This document shows, in pieces, positions 62,301-64,000 of a DNA stretch of 64,000 bases. The translations under genes were made by a program, and so were the position numbers. Origin of the DNA: Pavona decussata (taxonomy: Eukaryota); NCBI GenBank assembly GCA_977016875.1, contig CDRNST010000091.1:2108001-2172000 (forward strand), read 5' to 3'. Position 1 is the first letter of the stretch. Every line of letters starts with the position of its first letter. Under the pieces are notes generated by a model that saw only the letters and a list, made by a program, of their open reading frames with translations, was not told where the DNA came from and did no database searches.

Positions 62301-63897
62301 GATGCTCTGTTCAAATAGCAGAGCATTTAAGTGGAAGAAACCTTAATATTTTTAACTTTTATTGTACGGTATGTTGAGTCACAGTTCACTCTACTTACAT
62401 ATTAGAGACATATCACTGGAGTACCTTACTGCGTAAAGGGACTGAACAACATCAAAACAAAACAAAAAGCCTATCTGGCCTAAGATGCACAACCGTATGA
62501 ATGTTCGAATTACCGTAGCTGAAACCTTTCTAGGCATACAGAGGGGCTTTCGAGTGAAAGATGTAGCAAGTATACAACTTTGAGACCTAACTGGGAGAGG
62601 TCTGCTAAAATGCAAAACTTTGCCCTACAGTAACACAATGAGGCAGACTCAGCCGATGATATAAACACTCTTGTTCAGTTAGTTTCAAGTGTTGAAATAA
62701 CTTCTGTGCAGGCCGCTGCAGAAGCGCCAATAGAGCATGGTTGGTCTGTTTATAAGTCCAATGTATATCGCCCCAGTGGCGCAGATCTATTAAAAGTGGA
62801 GTTTTTAATTTGACTAGAGGGAGTTAATTTTTGCGGCGTTTTATTTTGCCGGTGTTTATTTCTGCGGGAACTAATTTTTGCGGATCGGGGTCAATCCGCA
62901 AAATCCGCAAAAATTATAACTTGCAAAATTTTCATGCTACACGGTACCAGCAATGTTATCAACCACCACTTGGGAGTAATAATATTTGTAAAATTTCTTT
63001 AAGGTAAAAAAGCAAAAAAACCCAAAGGAAAAGCACCAGAATTTACACAACCTTTGAAAGCAGTACAAGTTGTAGAGGGCAATCCTGTCAGGCTAAAATG
63101 CCGCATGGTGGGCACACCTTTACCTACTGCCGAATGGTTCAAGAACGGAACTGAAGTCAAACTTAGCAGTAGAATCAAAGCTGGCATCATTGGCGACATG
63201 TGTCAACTGTCTTTCACTGAGACACAAGTGGATGACAGTGGAGATTACAAATGCGTGGTTCGCAATGAAGTCGGATCAGCGTCTACCGAAGGTGAACTCA
63301 CTGTCACTAAGCCTGTCTCGGCACCTGAATTTAAGTTGAAACTGAAAAATGTTAAAGCAAGTGAGGGAGAACAGGCTCAGTTTGATGTGAAGGCGGCTGG
63401 AAATCCTGAGCCAAACATTGAGTGGTTCCGTGGAACTCAAGCGATCAGCAACGAAGGACGTTTTACGTTGAAATCTGGTGAAGCGGACGAACAGTACTCT
63501 TTAGTCATCGATGATACAATTCTAGACGATGCAGGTACTTATAAATGCGTTGCGTCTAACTCGGCAGGAAAAGCAACTTGTCGGGGAGAACTTGAAGTCA
63601 GCGGAAAACTTACGGCTCCAGAATTTGTCGACGAGCTGGATGAAGCTCCAATAACTGTTACAGAGGGCGAGGAAGTGTCTTTGCCTGTTACCATTCGTGG
63701 AAAACCAGCTCCGGATGTTGAGTGGTACAAAGATGAACTTAGTGTTAGAAAGTCATCAACTATTACCACGTTTGTAAAAGGAGATCAATACACATTGTAC
63801 ATTTACAGCGCTAAGCCTGCTGATTCCGGTGTGTACAAGTGTGTGGCGAAGAGTAAAATGGGCACAGCAACACGGACGTTTAACATCAAAATAGAAG
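2991..63897 (+). CDS. Giant spectrin-repeat / DH(RhoGEF-like) / SH3 / 60x I-set Ig protein (Trio/Kalirin-like head, titin/UNC-89/obscurin-like tail); partial at both ends, 47 exons, ~7,900 aa in window
   Basis: All exons are GT-AG with consistent phases. The summed length is 23,695 nt in one open frame. Motifs: spectrin-type helices with W, DH (LIESEEKYLDDL...IFVNSEDIFFFH...RPVERVLEY), SH3 (ALQDF...WVPSSVL) and I-set Ig (P.F...G.P.P.V.W.K....D.G.Y.C.A.N..G). Confidence 0.93.
4076..4195 (+). CDS. Exon 2, spectrin repeat first half
   Basis: cacag|ATC...AAG|gtagat; ITKWLNEDAEDYL...YGDSAASTQVLLDEHAKFE; 120 nt. Confidence 0.9.
4216..4449. mobile_element. MITE with (G)GCCCCAGTTGTTCAAA termini, probably Harbinger-type
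   Basis: ctggccccagttgttcaaa ... ttttaacaactgggaccag inverted ends; internal tggata/tatcca palindromes. Confidence 0.7.
4471..4627. mobile_element. Degenerate Tc1/mariner-type MITE
   Basis: cagtggaac...gctccactg|ta termini. Confidence 0.6.
5281..5472 (+). CDS. Exon 3, spectrin repeat second half (not in ORF track)
   Basis: ttag|GAA...CGA|gtaagt; EKEEAGHRLARETEKLVHGDF...VDERKKLLLETLAYY; 192 nt. Confidence 0.9.
6594..6848 (+). CDS. Exon 4, spectrin-like
   Basis: ttgcag|GCT...GAT|gtaaga; 255 nt, phase 0-0. Confidence 0.85.
7063..7185 (+). CDS. Exon 5, spectrin repeat first half
   Basis: ctgcag|GTG...GAG|gtaaga; VYNWIKNVGDDFL...MGDSVKTSQEFLYLH; 123 nt. Confidence 0.9.
7471..7787. mobile_element. 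Harbinger-like MITE with ~45-bp TIRs
   Basis: gctgttacactgggcaatttttcttgcaacttgtc matches the reverse complement at 7743-7787; taa left flank, ttt(a) right flank. Confidence 0.8.
8712..8882 (+). CDS. Exon 6, spectrin repeat second half
   Basis: ttgcag|CAT...CTG|gtgagt; DLWSIFTARLEYRLTLGKMYFDFH; 171 nt. Confidence 0.9.
8982..9120. mobile_element. Short hairpin MITE
   Basis: gggtgcatggaataaggccctcagtgactt ... aagtcacttggggcttttatacaggcaccc. Confidence 0.65.
9552..9725 (+). CDS. Exon 7, spectrin-like (not in ORF track)
   Basis: ctacag|CTT...AAA|gtaagt; LFGKLDELTNQL...SQALLDELRK; 174 nt. Confidence 0.88.
9807..10044. mobile_element. Harbinger-like MITE
   Basis: agggtgctctccatttgtcagaa ... ttctagcaaatgtaaaagcactct with TA-rich flanks. 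Confidence 0.65.
10551..10730 (+). CDS. Exon 8, spectrin-like
   Basis: ttccaag|GAA...GAG|gtgagt; LGQLWTLREEQL...FVQFEKDTRE; 180 nt. Confidence 0.88.
11043..11165 (+). CDS. Exon 9, spectrin repeat first half (not in ORF track)
   Basis: gtcag|GTC...AGG|gtaagt; VILWIKEQSDTFF...LRRFKDAAR; 123 nt. Confidence 0.88.
11261..12028. mobile_element. Non-autonomous TTAA-targeting DNA transposon (Kolobok-like)
   Basis: ttaa|GGTGGCCGAACACAGTTT ... AAACTGTATTCGGCCACC|ataa. Confidence 0.8.
12842..13033 (+). CDS. Exon 10, spectrin repeat second half
   Basis: cctcag|CGC...AAG|gtgagt; 192 nt. Confidence 0.9.
13477..13803 (+). CDS. Exon 11, spectrin repeat
   Basis: tcgcag|CTT...ACG|gtaggt; EWRSLWEHHKDKLEESVRLCEFE; 327 nt. 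Confidence 0.9.
14201..14323 (+). CDS. Exon 12, spectrin repeat first half (not in ORF track)
   Basis: ttgtag|GTC...AAG|gtagga; VNLTIEEHTRELL...FGVTLLDAVTLLQESDAFLESVK; 123 nt. Confidence 0.88.
15165..15356 (+). CDS. Exon 13, spectrin repeat second half
   Basis: tcacag|CCT...CAG|gtctgc; MESRWQRFLSRMEDHRTMLEASIEFH; 192 nt. Confidence 0.9.
15806..15950 (+). mobile_element. tRNA-derived SINE, copy 1
   Basis: ggcttgatagttcagttggcagagcactgcaccggtat...gggtttgaatcccattcaagcc (degenerate A/B boxes) with a tail shared with the 20409 copy. Confidence 0.8.
16161..16484 (+). CDS. Exon 14, last spectrin-like repeat
   Basis: ttgcag|GCT...AAG|gtgaac; 324 nt. Confidence 0.9.
16858..17690 (+). CDS. Exon 15, E/T/S/V/P/K-rich low-complexity linker
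   Basis: cttag|GCA...CC|gtaagt; 833 nt, phase 0-2. Confidence 0.87.
17811..17954. mobile_element. Degenerate Tc1/mariner-type MITE
   Basis: ta|caattaaccctcgctataac ... gagtttactg|ta. Confidence 0.55.
18074..18431 (+). CDS. Exon 16, linker plus first helix of DH domain
   Basis: ttag|A TTT...GAG|gtatgg; QRMNDITGKLIESEEKYLDDLRSLVE; phase 2-0. Confidence 0.88.
18904..19001 (+). CDS. Exon 17, DH domain
   Basis: tgcag|GAT...AAA GT|gtatgt; DYIYQL...IFVNSEDIFFFHK; phase 0-2. Confidence 0.85.
19201..19430 (+). mobile_element. Old SINE remnant
   Basis: degenerate tRNA-like head gggagc...gcagtgagagtact and tail ttcctccataaaaacaaacatt; recognised by eye only. Confidence 0.4.
19493..19562 (+). CDS. 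Exon 18, DH domain (not in ORF track)
   Basis: ttacag|T ATC...AGG|gtaaga; IFYDELSKCRGIPSDVGQVFTKR; phase 2-0. Confidence 0.85.
20409..20560 (+). mobile_element. tRNA-derived SINE, copy 2
   Basis: ctcccagttggcttgatagc...agaggtcatgggtttgaatcctgttcaagcctgaattt, homologous to 15806. Confidence 0.8.
20761..20850 (+). CDS. Exon 19, DH domain (not in ORF track)
   Basis: ctaaaag|GAA...AAG|gtaaga; ENELDRYITFCDGKSDSANFIESHPKDFFK. Confidence 0.85.
21373..21513 (+). CDS. Exon 20, DH domain CR3 (not in ORF track)
   Basis: ctgtag|AAC...GAG|gtactg; PIEELLDRPVERVLEYRAYLTDLLQCARKAGVDTHDLE. Confidence 0.87.
22113..22481. mobile_element. TA-flanked MITE containing a nested Penelope-type palindromic fragment (22281-22400)
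   Basis: ta|ctgtaaa ... actacgg|ta; internal tttttggaagg repeats; gacgttgcgagcattagcc...gtcaga / ctctgac...ctcgaaacatcagc. Confidence 0.55.
22603..22655 (+). CDS. Exon 21, last DH helix (not in ORF track)
   Basis: long (ttct)n tract, tttcag|GCT...CA|gtaagt; AGKEVVDRLWAEITQQT; phase 0-2, needed for frame. Confidence 0.82.
23714..24372 (+). CDS. Exon 22, SH3 domain plus Ig 1
   Basis: tttcag|G TTT...GAA T|gtaagg; ELCVALQDF...VLVLDR...EVWVPSSVL, then APVFIVPLE...AELNVE; phase 2-1. Confidence 0.9.
24621..24970 (+). mobile_element. 5'-truncated Penelope-like retroelement 3' end
   Basis: encodes KLNKQCDSIHAKLFV*, like the end of GIY-YIG PLE ORFs; followed by cttgaaaatGACCGTcggACGGTCgaaacgtcg. Confidence 0.65.
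25023..25080 (+). CDS. Exon 23, 58-nt linker exon (not in ORF track)
   Basis: tttcag|CT...AT|gtaaga; SVESEGEPEVEEPQITVIK; phase 1-2, required to join exons 22 and 24. Confidence 0.85.
25465..29858 (+). CDS. Exon 24, 4,394-nt giant exon with 14 tandem I-set Ig domains
   Basis: ttgcag|A GCC...AGA G|gtaaga; ORF 25394-29875. Confidence 0.95.
31831..33849 (+). CDS. Exon 25, six Ig domains (A-B-C-C-C-C)
   Basis: gcatag|CT...GAA G|gtagct; 2,019 nt, phase 1-1. Confidence 0.93.
34190..35065 (+). CDS. Exon 26, three-Ig unit
   Basis: tcacag|GT...AAA G|gtaact; 876 nt. Confidence 0.92.
35385..35500 (+). mobile_element. Degenerate tRNA-derived SINE (second family)
   Basis: gtagctcagaggttagatcatctgactggt...ggaggtcatctgtttgactgctg. 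Confidence 0.5.
35570..36092 (+). mobile_element. 5'-truncated CR1-type LINE 3' end with poly(A) tail
   Basis: encodes GRTRLSNPYNLKTPVCKTSTFQASYFNRIVKLWN (CR1 ORF2 C-terminal SfFnR...lWN motif); AATAAA at 36042 and A-rich tail at 36055-36092. Confidence 0.75.
36647..37549 (+). CDS. Exon 27, three-Ig unit
   Basis: ttttag|AC...GAG G|gtgagt; 903 nt. Confidence 0.92.
37650..38800. repeat. ~100-bp degenerate tandem repeat, interrupted by a transposon
   Basis: recurring accttgtacagc-aataaacagc-ccacaggaaagtactg-ctttcatt-aatggtcacactttaggatttc-acagactcaaaa; related fragment at ~48340-48420. Confidence 0.75.
38058..38732. mobile_element. Kolobok-like non-autonomous transposon with ~125-bp TIRs and TTAA TSD
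   Basis: ttaa|GGTTACCCAGTACCTTCAGAGGTGTCTCGCG ... CACCTCTGAAGGTACCGGGTGGCC|ttaa; 12-bp duplication in the right TIR. Confidence 0.9.
39132..39431 (+). CDS. Exon 28, single Ig
   Basis: tcacag|CC...ACA G|gtatgg; 300 nt. Confidence 0.92.
39929..40116 (+). CDS. Exon 29, PEVK-like spacer
   Basis: ttatag|AA...CAG|gtattt; EEEQLKPAEEEVVVE...KEIPESKPTFDEVQ; phase 1-0. Confidence 0.85.
40526..40907 (+). CDS. Exon 30, spacer plus single Ig
   Basis: ttatag|CTT...GAG G|gtatgt; phase 0-1. Confidence 0.9.
41144..41338. mobile_element. Harbinger-like MITE with CAG TSD
   Basis: cag|GGTCCAGTTGTTCGAAAGCC ... GGCTTTGAACAACTGAGCC|cag. Confidence 0.8.
41475..41525 (+). CDS. Exon 31, candidate 51-nt symmetric microexon (ELTRSRGSGVDITIVPS)
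   Basis: tgacag|AA...TCT G|gtaaca; open, phase 1-1; weak pyrimidine tract; optional for frame. Confidence 0.5.
41988..42296 (+). CDS. Exon 32, single Ig
   Basis: ttacag|AA...GAA G|gtgtgt; 309 nt. Confidence 0.9.
42517..42883. mobile_element. Kolobok-like MITE with TTAA TSD
   Basis: ttaa|AGGGGCATTGACAC ... GTGACACTGCCCCT|ttaa. Confidence 0.85.
43069..43093 (+). CDS. Exon 33, 25-nt frame-bridging microexon (EPSDDEKV)
   Basis: ttcacag|AA...AT|gtgagt; phase 1-2, matching the phase-2 acceptor at 43747. Confidence 0.8.
43494..43714. mobile_element. Degenerate Harbinger-like MITE
   Basis: taa|ggcctgcttacac ... tgtaaacgcccc|ttta. Confidence 0.5.
43747..44030 (+). CDS. Exon 34, single Ig
   Basis: tatcag|A CTA...GAA G|gtactg; phase 2-1. 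Confidence 0.9.
44051..44430. mobile_element. Kolobok-like MITE with TTAA TSD
   Basis: ttaa|GGACGGTGCC ... GGCACCATCC|ttaa. Confidence 0.85.
44995..45233. mobile_element. Harbinger-like MITE with CAG TSD; same family as 41144-41338, opposite orientation
   Basis: cag|GGCCCAGTTGTTCAAAGCCC ... GGCTTTCGAACAACCCGGCC|cag. Confidence 0.82.
45424..45462 (+). CDS. Exon 35, 39-nt symmetric acidic microexon (DKPEEEETDSGTN)
   Basis: ttacag|AT...AAC G|gtaata; phase 1-1. Confidence 0.72.
46340..46962 (+). CDS. Exon 36, Ig A+B and start of C
   Basis: aatcag|AT...GAG|gtttgt; phase 1-0. Confidence 0.9.
47223..47475 (+). CDS. Exon 37, remainder of Ig C
   Basis: tatcag|GTG...GAA G|gtaagt; phase 0-1. Confidence 0.9.
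47619..48261. mobile_element. Kolobok-like non-autonomous transposon with TTAA TSD
   Basis: ttaa|GGTGATTCCA ... TGGAATCACC|ttaa. Confidence 0.85.
48493..49167 (+). CDS. Exon 38, two Ig domains (B-C)
   Basis: acatag|GG...CAA G|gtatga; 675 nt. Confidence 0.9.
49198..49465. mobile_element. MITE fragment (ta-ccgt terminus, ataagccc repeats)
   Basis: taccgtgaaaatccgaata; repeated ataagc(c/t) motifs; only one end visible. Confidence 0.4.
49973..50872 (+). CDS. Exon 39, three-Ig unit
   Basis: acacag|AA...CAA G|gtgcct; 900 nt. Confidence 0.9.
51275..52159 (+). CDS. Exon 40, three-Ig unit
   Basis: ttgaag|GC...GCA G|gtatgg; 885 nt. Confidence 0.9.
52708..53595 (+). CDS. Exon 41, three-Ig unit (acidic type)
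   Basis: gtgcag|CT...ACA G|gtattg; 888 nt. Confidence 0.92.
54089..54970 (+). CDS. Exon 42, three-Ig unit (basic type)
   Basis: ttgcag|CA...GCA G|gtattt; 882 nt. Confidence 0.92.
55391..57030. mobile_element. Foldback element with ~160-bp imperfect inverted arms (55391-55549 / 56866-57030)
   Basis: aacatcggactttattttgatgtcgaaattag and acgtccgacaacaggaatcaactttca recur as reverse complements. Confidence 0.75.
55560..56700 (-). mobile_element. Decayed, internally deleted Penelope-like retroelement
   Basis: ORF 56296-56604 NLSRKERRTLNAIKRR...KKADKASTLVVMD (pre-RT region); downstream minus-strand remnants VKGEALRFVR and PNLKHVLMEKWHLIQNQPFLREIFKESPLISFKKGKSL; RT core missing. Confidence 0.75.
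57127..58071 (+). CDS. Exon 43, three-Ig unit (acidic type) with duplicated linker
   Basis: ttacag|CC...ATA G|gtacct; 945 nt. Confidence 0.92.
58480..59031 (+). CDS. Exon 44, first part of a split three-Ig unit (basic type)
   Basis: ctgcag|CT...GGA G|gtaact; 552 nt. Confidence 0.88.
59055..59385. mobile_element. Tc1/mariner-type MITE with TA TSD
   Basis: ta|CAGTCACCCTACGTCACGCGTGAC ... GTCACGCGTGACGTAGGTTCACTG|ta. Confidence 0.85.
59590..59874. mobile_element. MITE with 9-bp TSD (MULE-like)
   Basis: acaagctgt|TAGACTGTTTTCAGT ... ACTGTAAACAGCCCA|acaagctgt. Confidence 0.75.
59943..60272 (+). CDS. Exon 45, second part of the split three-Ig unit
   Basis: ttgtag|GT AAA AAC...GCA G|gtattt; 330 nt; 552+330=882, the length of paralogous exon 42. 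Confidence 0.9.
60913..61800 (+). CDS. Exon 46, three-Ig unit (acidic type)
   Basis: tcttag|CT...GAA G|gtatgt; 888 nt. Confidence 0.92.
62180..62944. mobile_element. TA-flanked non-autonomous DNA transposon
   Basis: ta|CCGTGTAGAAAGAAAATTTTGC ... GCAAAATTTTCATGCTACACGG|ta; subterminal ttttgcgg repeats. Confidence 0.85.
63004..63897 (+). CDS. Exon 47, three-Ig unit (basic type); gene continues beyond window
   Basis: tttaag|GT...GAA G|gttagt; 894 nt. Confidence 0.9.
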
Positions 63898-64000
63898 GTT
63901 AGTAAGAATGTTTGTAAGGATATCAGCGCTTGCACTTTATCCTTCCCTCACTCCCCTAACTGGCTTCCCCTTTGGACCCCACCCATTATACCATATGCCC

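Noticed and set aside
25546-63769. Many minus-strand ORFs of 60-175 aa over the Ig exons
   Set aside because: They are S/T/F-rich antisense shadows of biased Ig codons, with no splice structure or domain of their own
2991-63897. Assigning a symbol such as TTN, OBSCN, unc-89 or TRIO
   Set aside because: The domain order matches none of them exactly, and orthology needs a phylogeny

Overview
This is intron-rich animal genomic DNA. The interspersed repeats resemble those of stony corals, so it is probably scleractinian/cnidarian (inference). The whole window is an internal part of one giant + strand gene. By reading splice sites I assembled 47 GT-AG exons (2991-63897) into one continuous frame of 23,695 nt, about 7,900 aa, with no start or stop codon in the window. 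The domain order is ~8-9 spectrin-like repeats (14 phase-0 exons), a low-complexity linker, a divergent Dbl-homology (RhoGEF) domain with no PH domain, a Trio-like SH3, and 60 I-set Ig domains. Most of the Ig array is built from phase-1 three-Ig exons that alternate as a six-Ig super-repeat, interrupted by a PEVK-like, microexon-rich segment. It looks like a Trio/Kalirin-type head fused to a titin/UNC-89-type tail. The introns hold MITEs (Tc1/mariner-, Harbinger-, Kolobok- and MULE-like), tRNA-derived SINEs, Penelope and CR1 fragments and a ~100-bp tandem repeat. The Ig array also shows two probable intron gains at duplicated AGGT sites and a gene-conversion tract.
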